Positions 1-13,340 of a stretch of DNA of 63,836 nt are shown here, piece after piece. This DNA is from Lama glama (lineage: Eukaryota): the NCBI GenBank assembly GCA_028534125.1, contig CM052816.1, forward strand, positions 86,740,001 to 86,803,836, read 5' to 3'. The notes beneath the pieces are model-generated. The model saw only the letters and a program-made list of their open reading frames with translations. It made no database searches and was not told where the DNA came from. The translations under genes were made by a program, and so were the position numbers. Position 1 is the first letter of the stretch, and the number at the start of each line of letters is the position of its first letter.

Positions 1-2014
1 AAACAGTCAAAACTAAAAGGAATCTTCCTAAAATTCCTTCTGCTGATTAATGCAGAGACCTGAACAAACACTAGTACTTACTGCAGTAGACTGGTGCTCA
101 GAGATCTTAGAAATATCTCTTAGAAGATCCCTTTAAGAAAAACAAAACATAAAACTATTTGGGGTAGAATCAAACAAGGATGAAATACTGAGGTAAGTTC
201 AAGGAAATCTGGATACCAAAAGGAGATACAAGCAGAGAAAACAGACAAAACTCAGCAGGGTTTGGGGAGGTTCATAACAGGAATATATAAATAAAGGTCA
301 TAAGTGTTGGTGAACATTCAGTTATTTGGTTGGATATAATATAATATGAACACATGAATATAATTTAGTTGTCAAACTTTGTCGTGTATATAAATATCAT
401 TAATGTGCCGAATGTTTTAGGCTCTCAAATCCTAATATGAAGATTTAACCATTTATAATCTGAATATCTAATATTAAATTATTATATATTAGTTATTAAG
501 TATAATTTTGCTTCTCCAGAGGCATTGTTGTTAAACCCAAAATATTTTCTAACTATGCATGATGAAGTCACAGACCCTGTTCCTACAGTGACCATGTTCT
601 TACGGCATAAGGGCATATGTTCTAAACATAAGGGCAGAAAAATGTCCTCACATCATCAGAAGATGATGGATAGACTCAAATATAAAATTTTACAACTTTA
701 AGCCCTTAATTTGATTCCTTTGTAATAAAGATACAACTTTCATAACATGAAAGTTTGGAAGAGGCTGCTTCTGCTTCCAGCACTGTACTGTATGCACTCA
801 GAAATAAATGAGAAAATTTGAACAGTGATTCTACCACTGATTACTATCAAGAGAGCATTTTGCAATTCATAAATCCCAGAGAAGCCTATTTTGTGACTTG
901 TCAACTTTTGTAAATCACTATTTTCTTTGTAAAAAATAGAGTATGCTAGAAATACAAAACAGTAAAGCATATTTTAATCTATTTAAATGTGGGATAAATT
1001 GTATTTTTCTCTTTGAAGTAGATAAAATGAACATTTATCAGCAATATAACTTAGTTGTAGCTACAGGACATTCAAGCATACTTTCTAAATAAGATTACCA
1101 TTGATTTGGACAGATCAAATGAATATAAATGATGACTAAATATAATAATTAGTCTTTGGCATGATTAGATACTTTGGGTTTATGATTTATTTAGCTTACA
1201 TATCTAGATATTTTACTTTGAAAACGTAAGTTGTCATCTCAATCTAACAGGAATAATTTACTATCTCCCTCTCTCTGCCAACAGAAAATGAAGAAAAAGT
1301 AATTTGGTTTCTTACTACAGGGGAAGCCCTCCTGTAGAAAGTGGTCAGAAAAATGTGATGTATACTATTTATTAAGCTAGTAGGCTCCAAGTTGAAGTAA
1401 GAAAGAAACCGATTGCTACTTTATACAATATTGTACTATTGTACTTTATACAATACAATTTTTGAATTTCTAAGGAAAATAGAGGTGTCTAGCTAATTTC
1501 TTGATACTGTACTGGCCCTCAAAATGAATGTCTTGGCTTGAAAGATATATGAGTGTTGAAAAAAATAATATTAAAGAAACAATCATGTTTTCATTTGGCA
1601 AGGTTTTATTAATGAGAAAGGAAATGCGATTATCCAGGCTTGACCATGGTTTTAGAGGTGGACTTTCATAAGAAACACTGATCCTAATACTGAATGCCAG
1701 GACTACTATAAAGAATGACACAGTAGAAATAACTAACATGGAACAGAAGATAAAGGCAGATTCAGAAATTAAGATATTATCTTGTGACCAAGGGTGAAGA
1801 TTCACTTGGAGAAAATTGAAGATGAGAAAATTGAAGATGATTTCTTTAGGAGAGAAGAAGGACTACTTAGAAAATAAAAAAATAATAATAAAATGAGAGG
1901 CATCTACAGGACAGCAGTATGACTACTTTTTTAGGTCCTTCCTTTATGAACCCTAAGGAATCCTCAGTTTAGTAACAGCCTTCATATGGTAATGTTAACA
2001 CTTAGGTTATCTGA

Positions 2015-2100
2015 GTAAAAGGTGTACCAGAATGAATTTTCTGTGCTATATTTGCAACTTTTTTGTAGTCTGAAATTATTGCACAATGAAAGTTAAAAAT
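2015..2100 (+). mobile_element. Old L1 (L1MC/L1MD-like) 3' terminal fragment
   Basis: ctgtgctatatttgcaactttttt...tgaaattattgcacaatgaaagttaaaaa resembles recalled old L1 3' ends. Confidence 0.5.
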
Positions 2101-2169
2101 TAATATATAAAGCAAACAAAAATTAACATTCCACATGATATTTGCCTTAGAAACTGTTCCAGACTTTAA

Positions 2170-3082
2170 TAATATGTGTATATATTAAGTGCATATATGT
2201 TTATAAACATTATATAATCTTTTATATTGATTCGTTTATCATTATATAATGCCCTTCTTTTTCTTTTATTATAGACACTGTTTTAAAGTCCATTTTGTTT
2301 GATATGAGTATTGCCACCCAGGCTTTTTTTTCTGTTTCCATTTGAATGAAATATCTATTTTCATCCCCTCACTTGTTCTGTTTCTTTTTTTAAGATATGA
2401 AATGAGTCACTTGTAGGCATCATATAGATGTGACTTTTTAAAAATCCAATTAGCCACCCCATATCTTTTGATTGGAACATTTGGTCCATAGACATTTAAA
2501 GTGATTATTGATAGGTATGTACTAATTGCCATTTTGTTACTTGTTTTCTGGTTGCTTTTGTAGTTCTTGTCTGTTTTTTCCTTCTTTTTTGGGCTGTGCA
2601 CTGGGTGGTCCTGGCAAGCAAGCCATAGTGCCAGACAATTTTCAATCTGCTGCCTCTGCACTGTAATTAGGGGTAAGCAAGTCTGTGTGTGCTCTTTAAG
2701 AGTAGAATGTCAGTTTCTTAGAGTTGTCCAGGAAGCCCCACTGGTTATCAAAAACAGCTGAGGGAGCTCATCTTCCTGATGTTGGACCCTAGAGCTGGGG
2801 TGCCTAATGTGTAGCTGAACCCCTCACTCCCAAGGGAGCATCCCTGAGCCTGTGATATCCCCTTCTTTTCTGTGTCCACCATTAGGGGTGCTGGTCCCCA
2901 CCAGATCACTTTTCCTTTTCTACCAGACACTGTGTGGATCTTTATAGCCTTTGCTGCAGAAGAATTATTTTGCTAGTCCCCAGGGGTTGATTTCAGTAAA
3001 GGCTGCTTTATATGTAGTTGTGAGTTTGATGTGTCCATGATGGTAGGTGAGTCCAAGGCCCTCCTACTCCACCACCATGATT
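2170..3082 (-). mobile_element. L1 remnant: 5' UTR joined to ORF2 endonuclease start, ORF1 missing
   Basis: Minus-strand frame MAISTYLSIITLNVYGPNVPIKRYGVANWI (ATG at 2532) matches the L1 ORF2 N-terminus; 2591-3082 resembles an L1MA/L1M2-type 5' UTR ending ...ctactccaccaccatga. Confidence 0.8.
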
Positions 3083-3108
3083 TCTTTCTGATCACAGATA
3101 ACTGTTAG

Positions 3109-3111
<3 letters not shown>

Positions 3112-3157
<46 letters not shown>
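3112..3157. repeat. (TG)23 microsatellite
   Basis: Read directly. Confidence 0.98.
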
Positions 3158-3158
<1 letters not shown>

Positions 3159-3309
3159 CTGCGCCTGCTTTAGTCTGAGTCTCTTTCCCTTAAGTAGATG
3201 TGACTAAATAAAAGCCTCATATTACAACTGTTGTTTGAGAGGGGGCTCATCATACTAAATCTTCTACAAAAATCCAGTTATCTTGACTGGTACGTATAAC
3301 TTCACCTTT

Positions 3310-3400
3310 ACAAGCATTTGCTATGTTCCTACTATATGCCAGGTATTAATGTTAGGTTACTGAAAAATAGCAACAACAAATTTGGTGAAAATTTCTCCAA
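3310..3400 (-). mobile_element. L2 3' fragment
   Basis: caagcatttgctatgttcctactatatgccaggtatt resembles the L2 3' end in reverse. Confidence 0.5.
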
Positions 3401-4521
3401 TCTTTTTTTTTCTTAAAAGAATAACCAAAACATATACAATTATATCAATAAGTTTTACAAACACTAGCCATGAATAGTATGTGCTTATGGATATGTGTAT
3501 GTGTGTATGTATATACTTATATACATGTATAATATTTCACATATATGTATATCTATTATTTTTAATTGGTGATTCTTTATTAATTGGAATGGATACCCTC
3601 CTCTTTGAATACTGCCTTTGATATTGACTCAAATTGTCTGGCTGGGTAAATCACACTGCAGTTATCTCTTTGACTTAGTGGCTACTAGTCAAAATAATGA
3701 AATGAAGTATTTGAAGGTCACAATGAACCTGCAAAAGAGAAAAATAGCCTGACTTTTGTATGTTTAATTTTACTATTTTTATAATCATTATTTTATGGCA
3801 ATAGTGTTTAGGCACAATGTATTCCTTTAAGGTGAAAATTATTCATTTTAAAATGGAATAGCTTATCTGAAAAGTTTATTTGAGAAAAATTGAACTTGCC
3901 TATAAAATGCTATATACTGGCTAAGACAGAATTTAATTTAGATTGTTTAAATATAATTTATAGTCTGTCTTTCATTTGACTTTATCAATAAACTCTTCCT
4001 CAAAATGTATTATATCATTTCCTAGAAGGTGTGCCAAAACCTATATAACGAGTTAGTGTTTTTGGACAATGTGGTAATGTATGAAGTGCATAGTGGACAA
4101 AGTTCACAGAATATTTTAAAGACAGCATATTAAAAGAATATCTTTGCAATATCTTTTTTACTCAGTGAAACTTTTCCTGTGTTATTTTCCAGGCTTTTTC
4201 TTTCTTTTTTTCATTACTTTTCTTCTCGTTTAATTCTTTCTTTCCTTTCTCCATTCCTTTACACTTAATTGAATGATATGTGATTTGAATTTTTTTTACT
4301 TTTCATTATGTTCTGGGAAGAAACAAAAGGAGTTTTTAATATCAAAGTGGGAATATATATACACACAGATAAAAAGCGATTAAATGATAGATGGGCAGAT
4401 AGACAGATAATTATTGCAATCTGACCAAATTTACATGGGATCCTAGAAATATTGTGGGCAAGACAGAGTTCATATGTATATTCTAATTCTAGGTGTGAAA
4501 TTCAATTATTTCTCCCCCCAG

Positions 4522-4720
4522 TCAATCATCCATTCATTCATTTATTTTATTAAAATAAACCCTTGGAGTTATCTATTACATACCAAGCACCGTGTTGAAG
4601 CTTTCCTACAGGACACAGTGTAAAACTCTTAGAAATCTATACTCTCAAGGAGGAGAAAAACAGTTGAATCAAACATCACAGCATAGTGTAGAGAAAACTA
4701 ATAGTTATCTTTATAACATC
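4522..4720 (-). mobile_element. L2 3' end
   Basis: cattcattcattt tail followed by tacataccaagcaccgtgttg. Confidence 0.6.
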
Positions 4721-4749
4721 TTATGACTGCAGAACAGTGCCTTTAGGCC

Positions 4750-4968
4750 TAGTCATTATCTGCCAACTATTCTGCTAAACAATTAACATATTTAAATTTA
4801 ATTAATTTCCAAAGCAACCTATGACTTTGATAATCATTTTGATATCACTATTCCACCTACTTGGCACTTAAGAAAAGTGGGGCACTGGAAGTTAAGTATT
4901 TTACCTAAGGACATTCAGGCAAGCAAATGAATAAGCCAAGTAAATAGGATTTCCAGACCCAATTCTAA
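4750..4968 (-). mobile_element. MIR SINE
   Basis: Degenerate MIR core ...gaaaagtggggcactggaagttaagtattttacctaaggacatt... Confidence 0.55.
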
Positions 4969-4996
4969 CATGTGTTTGTGTGTGTGTGTGTGTGTA

Positions 4997-5910
4997 GGAT
5001 TCTCTTCATCAACAAACAATTCTTTGATGCTGTTCTTTGATGCCAACAGGGTGTCTAAGGATTCAACTCAATTCTGACACTATCAGGAGACAGAATCAGA
5101 TTCCACAGGTAAGAGGCTCTGTCCCACAAGACCATCCTCCACCTGAGATGCCAGTCTCAAGCCCAGGTTGTTGTTACCTGTACTTCTGACCAACTGGCTA
5201 TAAATTGGAAGTTCCAGCAACCCTCTCCAACTCAGGATGCCAATCACAAGTCCAGGCTGTTACCTGTGCTTCTGACTGGCTATAAACCAGACATTCCCTC
5301 AGTCCTTTCCTCCTCCCTGAGTTTGATTAATTTGCAGGAAAGGCTTTCAGAATTCAGGGAAACGTTTTCCTTATTAGATTATCAGTTTATTATAAAAGAA
5401 TATTAAAGGATATGAGTCATCAGCCAGGTGGGGCAATACCTAGGGTAGGGTCCCAAACAAAAGAGCTTCTGCCCTTGTATAGCAGGGGGCCCTGCACCGT
5501 GGGCTGTGGAAGTGTTCTGTTTTCCCACTGTGGAAGCTCTCCAAAAAGGTGTCAAAAAGCTGTTCTTTGGGGTTTTTATGGAGGCTTCATTACTTGGTCA
5601 TGATTAACTAAATCACTGGCCAGCAGTATTTGATCTAACCTCAAGCCCCTTTCCCGTACCTGGAAATCAAGGAGTGGGCTAAAAGTTCCAACCCTCTAAT
5701 CATGTAGTTGGCTCTTCTTGTAACCAGCCTCCACTCTTAAGTGCTGTTAAAATTCACCTCATTCACATAATAAAAGACACCTCTATAACTCTCAACACTT
5801 GAGGAATCCCAAAGGTTCTGGAAGCTGTGGGCCAGGAACTAGGGTCAAAGACCAAATACATGTGAGAATACATTTTGATCATCTGAATGACTACATATAT
5901 ACTACCATTA
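4997..5910 (-). mobile_element. MER21-like solo LTR
   Basis: Long matches to recalled MER21B/C consensus (tcaattctgacact; cttctgaccaactggctataaattgg; ggtttttatggaggcttcattac; aaagttccaaccctctaatc); preceded by (TG)n at 4971-4995. Confidence 0.8.
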
Positions 5911-6374
5911 TGTGCATTACATATTTTCACCTGGAAACCATATAATACTGGGTAATACCTTGGATTTGGTCTAAGACTATACGCTGTAATAGAATTTGAA
6001 GGTCCTTTACTTATTGAAGAGTCTGGATATGAGAAATAGTTTTATTTTATTTTCTGAAGATGAGTTTTTTTTTACTTTATCATATGAAGCTAAAAAGAAA
6101 TAATTCATTCTCAGATATTCTACCTAAGAACCATGCTTCTGTTGATATTATATAAATTTTCAGTCTTTCAAGTTATCATAGATTTAATTTTACCAAATGT
6201 TCACAACTAAATAATAAAAGCCAACCTTTCTGTTTGGTCTCTTTAAACAATTTCTTTACCATTTCCTCAGCATCCATTCTTTATGTGGTTCTAATGACAA
6301 TGATACATGTTATGAACATTTTTATTATAGTTTTGACCTAACTTCCAGTATCAGATTTTAAATGGGTTCACAAT

Positions 6375-6815
6375 TTCTGTGTGTCAAGTAATCCCTAAAC
6401 TCAGTGGCTGAAAATAAAAAAAAAATTTATTTTCACTTATGCATTCATAGGTCAGCACAAAGTTAACTGAAGGAAACTGGGGTCAGGTGGACAACTTCAA
6501 AATCACAGATGGGTTCAAGCAAATATCTGTGGATCAGGATAGAGATGGTTGTCTTAGCCACGACTGAAGTGGATTGTCTGAGGCTTCTTTGGTCTATATA
6601 TTTCTTATTCTCCTTCTGAAATAAACATCATCCCCAAGTGTATAGCCCCAATGGCATGGCATAAGTAAGTACAAGTCAAGTGAAAACAAGTCAAGTATAT
6701 GAAATTAAAGTCAAGAGCATACTGAACATCTTCAGTGGAAAAAACTTCAAGGTCATACATATGACAAAGTGTGTGAATACAAGGAGGGCTGGGCAATGGA
6801 ACAAAATTACAATAC
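6375..6815 (-). mobile_element. Old MaLR LTR (MLT1J/K-like)
   Basis: ccctaaactcagtggctgaaaataa start and aaagtgtgtgaatacaaggaggg end. Confidence 0.55.
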
Positions 6816-8749
6816 AGATTTAAATAACTTGAATTTTCATTTTTCAAAATTGTTGCTCATACTCATACTTCTGCTTGAAGTTTCTGTTTCTCTATATTCT
6901 ATTGTAACTTAACATTAAAATCAAACTTTCTAGGTGCAGTAAAAATCCTTTTTATTTCCAATAAAGTTTTCATGACTTCCCCATCTAGAAATTATGTTTT
7001 GCCTTACTAAATCCTATACCATTGCATTCTGATCACGACTATGATTGTACTCTTTAGAGCTTTGTACTTTATCTATTTGTATTTGTTTATTCAAATTCAG
7101 TTACTGTAAGTTCGTAAGAAAGAAAGAAATATAATATCCATTACTGTATCACCTCAAGAGTGTTGCATATGATCTTTCCCTTAATGGTTATTCAATATAC
7201 TTAATTTAGTTATTAAATGACACCAGTTAACAAGTCAGTAATATCTCTATTCTTGAAACATCAATTTGTTTCAATTCTTTAAATTTGGGTTCCTTGCATA
7301 GATACCAAAGTCTTCCTTACCTAAAAATCTATGCTCTTTGAATATACATTTACTTAATATTGAAAAACTAGCAAATGTTGACAACTTTTTGAATCCTCTA
7401 CTAATATTAGTCTGATAAAAAGTTTACATGACTCTGAAACTTCATCTCTGAAATACCTCACATGACTTGGGAAAAAAGATTTCTAAAAACCATTACACAA
7501 TTCATTGCCTTATAGCTAACAGGAAATTTATAAACCAATTCAAATGAAGTATTTTGAATTTCATTTTGGTATCTAACCATGTAAAAAATCATTTTAATCA
7601 TAGTTTACTTTTCAAATATCTAGCAAACACATTATATTTAATCTACTAACAATTTTACATATCTGATGTTAAATCATGTGTTGAAGCAGACAAATAATTG
7701 TTAGAAAATATATGCTGAATGATCAAAAATATACAGTTTTAGATAATATGAGGTGCTAGGCAGTGCATTTACATAAGTATATGTTGGCAACAGTAATGAA
7801 TGCACATCACAGCTCAATATAGAAGTGTTAGCAATTTGTCTGGCAGCCATACACTCCTTTGGATTGCAGGCTATTAAATGTGATGTTTTTTGAACTGAAA
7901 GGATTTGCTTTTTTATTACCAAGCTTATATTATGTGTCATTATTTTATATTCTGATAACATGATTCGCTCATCTTAGATTAAGTTTCAACAGCAATTTAG
8001 AGTCACTAATAAACTCTGGAAGCAAATTACTATTAAAGAAAAAAAAAGGGGAAAGACAGTGCTATTTGATGTTGAATTTAATCTAAGGAATCCATTCAAT
8101 CAGCAAGAAATATTTACTGAGTAGTGCATTTCTTTATGTCAAAAGTAATCTATATCATGTTGGATTACTAACCGTTAAGCTACACTTGAAACATTCATCT
8201 TTCCAACCTATCTTTTTATGCAGACTATATTGCTTGGTTAAAAGTAATTCTGTACTCTGTATCCAATCACCTGCTACTCAGATTTGACTGAATCAATTGA
8301 TCATAAACATTTTAAAAATTATTGCTACATATTGATAATGTACTCCCAGTACATAGTTCCTGCTGTCAAGTTGCTTATACTATAAACACATGAACCTGAT
8401 TCTATTAGGCACTGGGAAAGATTACAAATTGTATCTTAGAAAAGTATATGGCAGAGAGACATTTTTCTCATATAAAAACTCAGCTTTTCTTCTCTTAGTA
8501 GGGCTAGACAAATATTAGGTAAAAAATATCACATAAAGTTCTTAAGGCTATTTAAATGTCAAATTGTCAAATGGTTGCTTGCAACAATAACTTCCTGAAT
8601 AGTTTTGAGATTATACTGGTCAGAGGGTGCTTTCTGAAGAGAAAGGTGTGGATATACTAACATAGAGGGAGAGGTGAAAAACAACGTATCAGGATAAATC
8701 AACATTATGAGTTACATATTATAGTCAACATGGTTTATATAAATGTGGC

Positions 8750-9338
8750 CGTGGCAGGCAGACCCTATGGTTCCTATGAGACCCATCTCATGGTGTTCAT
8801 GTCCTTGTGCAATCCTCTCCCCTTGAGTGTGGGTGGGAATCTGAGATTTGCTTCTACCTAATAACACAGAGCAAATGTGATATGGTGCCCATATTTACTA
8901 ATTGTACACGTTTATTTTGCCTGACTGTCAATCATATTACTATAAGATTCTAATTCCCTTGCCAGCTGTTAGATCTCAAGCTGCCATGTTGTTATCTCAA
9001 GTTGCCATACTGCCTTTGAAAGGGCCACAGGTAAGATGCTGAGGGTATTCAACAACTAACAAGAAAGTGTGGTCTTCAGCTCAGTATGCTGCCATAAGAA
9101 ATGGAACGTTCCCAACAATCATTTGATCATGGAAACAGATCCTTCCCCAGTTGAGCCTCAGATGAGACCACAACCCTGCTCAACACATGGAATTCAGCCT
9201 TGTTAGACCCTGGAGCAGAGGACCTAACTAGGCTGCTCCCTGATTCCTGACTCACAGAAACTGAGATAAACAAATCTTGGCTATTTTATGCCACTAAGTC
9301 TTTATAACATTGCATGCAGCAACAGACAACCAAAAATA
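8750..9338 (+). mobile_element. MaLR LTR (MLT1E/F-like)
   Basis: ccttgagtgtgggtgggaatctg; gatccttccccagttgagcctcagatgaga; ttcctgactcacagaaactg. Confidence 0.85.
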
Positions 9339-9690
9339 GTCACTAAAGATTTGAGCCTTTTAAATGGCAAGCTTATATTTAGAACAATGAGAAAAATGGA
9401 CAGATTATTTGCTGTTTAGACTGCTCTAAAAATGTGGAGTATGTGAATGCTAGTACTGTCTGTACAATTTTCTACAAGCAGTGTGTTATAGGGAGGTAGG
9501 TAACATTGTCATTGAAAGATTCTTCTAAAGGTAGGAATTAGATAAATAGCTGGGAGAAGTTATTATAACTATGATAAAGATATCATAATTTAAGAGGCTG
9601 CTTAGAGGCTTATAAAGGAACAGAAGGACAAGGTGCTGGGCAAGAGGCAACAATGAAAATAAACAGGAATAAATAAATTTCCATAGTATA

Positions 9691-11005
9691 ATTTTTTTTT
9701 ACTAAAGTATAATTGATTTACAATGTTGTGTGTTACTTTCAGGTATATAATAAAGTGATTCAATTATACATATACATATATGTGTATATATATATATATT
9801 CTTTTTCAGATTCTTTTCCATTATAGGTTACTACAAGGCATTGTATATATACTGTATGTACTGTGCTATACAGTAGGTCCTTGTTATTTATCTGCTTTAT
9901 ATATAGTAGTGTGTATATGTTAATTCCAAACACCTAATTTATCCTTACTTCCAACCGCTTTTCCCCTTTGGTAACCACAGTTTGTTTTCTATGTCTGTGA
10001 GTCTGTTTCTCATTTGTAAATAAGTTCATTTGTGTCTTTTTTTAGATTTCACATGTTAGTGATATCCTATGATATTTATATTTCTCTGTCTGACATCACT
10101 TCATATGATAATCTCTAGGTCTATCAATGTTGCTGCAAGTGGCATTATTGCATTCTTTTTTATGGCTGAATAATATTTCACTGCATATATATATCACATC
10201 TTCTTATCCATTCATCTGTTGATGGACATTTAGGTTGCTTCTATGTCTTGATTATTGTGAACAGTGCTGCTATGAACACTGGGGTACATATATCTTTTTG
10301 AGTTGTAGTTCTACCCAGATATATGCCCAGAAATGGGACTGCTGGATCATATGGTAACTCTATTTTTAGTTTTTTTAAGGAAACCGCATACTGTTCTCCA
10401 TAGTGGCTGCATCAATCTACATTCCCACTAATGGTGTAGAAGAGTTCATTTTTCTCCACACCTTCCCCAGCATTTACTATTTATAGACTTTTTAATGATA
10501 GCCATTCTCAATGGTGTGAGGTGATACTTCATTGTAGTTTTGATTTGCATTTCTCTAATAATTAGAGGTGTTGTATTTTCATGTGCCTGTTGGCCATCTG
10601 TATGTCTTTGGAGAAATATCTATTTAGGTCTTCTGCCAATTTTTGACTGGTGTGTGTGTGTGTGTGTGTGTGTGTGAAGTTGTGTGAGCTGTTTATATAT
10701 CTTGGAAATTAATCCCTTATTCGTCTCATCATTTGCAAGTATTTTCTCTCAGTCCATAGGTTGTCTTTTCATTTTTTATGATTTCTTTTAAGTTTAATTA
10801 GGTATTATTTGTTTATTTTTGCATTTATTTCCATTATTCTAGGAGATGGATCCAAAAAATATTGCTGTAAATTATGTTAGAATGTTCTGCCTACTTTTTC
10901 CTCTAGGAGTTTTAGAGTATTTGATCTTATGTTTGGGTCTCTAATCCATATTGAGTTTATTTTTGTATATGGTGTTAGAAATTGTTCTAATTTCATTCTT
11001 ATACA
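9691..11005 (-). mobile_element. 5'-truncated L1 (ORF2 C-terminus plus 3' UTR)
   Basis: Poly(T) start and canonical reverse L1 text (ttcatctgttgatggacatttaggttgc; ttgatttgcatttctctaataatt); internal (TG)n at 10651-10677. Confidence 0.93.
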
Positions 11006-11402
11006 CATACATGTGCATGTCCACATTAAAACTTAGAGGCACTTGTATTAACGGAAAAAAAAAGCTAAAAATACAAATTATAAGACTATGTTTGAAAATG
11101 TGCTTTTAGACTTTGATATTAAAATAATGAGACAGAAAATAAGAGGAAACTGAATTGATCTGTCAGGAGAAAGATCAGGAATACAGAGGTATAATATATT
11201 CACTATTTAAAGAATATAACATTTCCCTTTTCTTATTTTTTATAATATTTGTGTTATTTTTATAGAAAATATTTCTCCATGACCTGTCTTTTATGCTGGG
11301 CAATTAGTTAGAAAGTGGAATTATATTAAATATTATTTCATAAATTTATATTTTTACATTGTACTTAAATCAATAACAAATCAATATATTTAATTATATC
11401 AA

Positions 11403-11800
11403 TGTTATGGGCTGACTTGTGTTTTCCCCCAAATTCATATGCTGAAGACCTAATCCCCAGTACGTCAGAAAGTGACTACATTTGGGGATAAAGTCTTCAA
11501 AGAGGTAATCAGGGTTAAATGAGTTTAATGAGTATGGTCCTAATATAATTAGTGTCCCTATAAAAAGAGGAAATTCTTACCACAAACATAGACACACACA
11601 GAGAGAAGACCATGTGAACACCAGGAGACAACAGCCATCTACAAACCTAGGAGAGAGAACCCCATAAGAAAGCAGCCCGGTTTACACCTTAATCTTGGAC
11701 TTCAAGCCTCCATAAATGTGAAGAAATAAATTTCTGTTGTTTAAGCTGCCCACTCCGTGATAATTCATTATGGCAATTCTAAAAAAGCATGCAGGCTACA
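11403..11800 (+). mobile_element. MaLR LTR (MLT1B-like)
   Basis: tgttatgggctga start; aataaatttctgttgtttaagc. Confidence 0.88.
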
Positions 11801-12181
11801 GTCAATAAAACAATAAAATATGTGTTTAAAATATATAATAGAAAACTAAATTTTTAATGAATATCTCTAATTATAAAGAAATCTGATTTCAATGTAATTT
11901 GTTTCTGAAGAATTGTTCTCATGCCTCCTACTATGACAAATAAGAAAATGGAAGAAACATATTTTTAAAATATTACATGAGAATATTTAATATATCAATA
12001 TCAGATTTTTTTTTTCCAGAAGATAGATTTCCAAAGTTGGAGTAAGTGTTAACAGCATGTCTAATCAGTTACATGAGAAATCTGAAATAATCAACTCATA
12101 GAAGCAGAAAGTAAGATGATCATTGCCAGAAACTGGAGGGAGGAGGAAATTGGGAGTTACTGTTCAAGGCATGTAAAGTTC

Positions 12182-12699
12182 TGTAACAGAGAAGAAGAAA
12201 CCTGACTCCACGTTGGATCTATTCCTTTAGCTCTAACCTTTCTGCTGTGTTGCCTATGCTTAATCATGCTGACGCTGCACCTTTGTAAAAGAGTGTTGAC
12301 TAGTGCCTGGAATATACATGATAGCCCTTTCTCAAGGCCCTGCTTCTAAGGCTTGATCTTTAAAGGTATAACACTTTTCACTCATATAAAGATAAAAATT
12401 TGCAGAACAGAGAATAACATTTGTCTTTTGGAGGTTCACAGGATAATTGTGACCGTACCTACTCAACAAGAACAAAGGATTCTGACACTTCGAAGTTTCC
12501 AACAACCAGTCACACTCCCTCCCCTTTTAGTATAAATGCAGACTGAACTCTGAGTTAAGAGGCTCTTTGGGACACTAATCCACTATCTTCTCGGTCCGCT
12601 GGCTTCCTGAATAAAGTCGCCATTTCTTCCCCCAGCAACTAGCTTCTCGATTTCTTGGCCTGTCATGTGATAAACAGTAAGAGCCTGGATTCAGTAACA
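12182..12699 (+). mobile_element. ERV1-type solo LTR (518 bp)
   Basis: TG...CA ends, TATAAA near 12531, AATAAA near 12610, 4-bp TSD gttc/gttt. Confidence 0.85.
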
Positions 12700-12715
12700 G
12701 TTTCAGTTACACAAG

Positions 12716-13340
12716 TGAGACAGGAAGACAAGAGCGCAGCCACTTTGTTAAAGGACGTAGGGAAGGGCCTTGAGCAAGCGGGACTGAGAGGACCAGTAAA
12801 ACAAAGTACCTTTGGGCTTCTGAGATGATAACCAAAAACCCGCAGGTAGAAAAGATCAGCTCTATCTCTGTTCCACGAATGTATGCACATAGTTTCCGAA
12901 AGACAAAAGTGGGACTAGGTAGCGACCTGGCAGAATCACTGAACACCCAGTTTCCTGAAAGACAGAGATAAAGACCTGATGCACATTCTTAAGTTGTTCT
13001 TGCAGGAAGCAGGCCTCCACCAGATAAAAATTGCTGATTGAGAGCATGTAGACCCCAGATTGGTTGAAACCAGAAGGTTGATAATGCTCAAAACTTCACC
13101 TTGATGCCAGCCTATCTAAGAATTGAGCATGAGCTGATTAGGCAACCTGCGGCCCCCTCCCTCATATTCCCGTGAAAACCCCTTCCCTGAGAGTCTTTAG
13201 GGAGTTGGCACTCTTCCACCTTCTTCCTTGTGCATACGCTATCCTTTCAATAAAAGGCTTCGCCAACCTAAAAGTCCTGTGCGAGTGATATTCACTTCTG
13301 TGGTATTGCTGTCCAGGAAGCTGAAGAGAGCTCGGTAACA
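12716..13340 (+). mobile_element. Second ERV1-type solo LTR (625 bp)
   Basis: TG...CA ends (…ctcggtaaca), AATAAA near 13250, 4-bp TSD caag/caat. Confidence 0.82.

Noticed and set aside
594..1840. Short local duplications (594-635, 1418-1456, 1809-1840)
   Set aside because: Ordinary slippage-type micro-duplications with no further structure.
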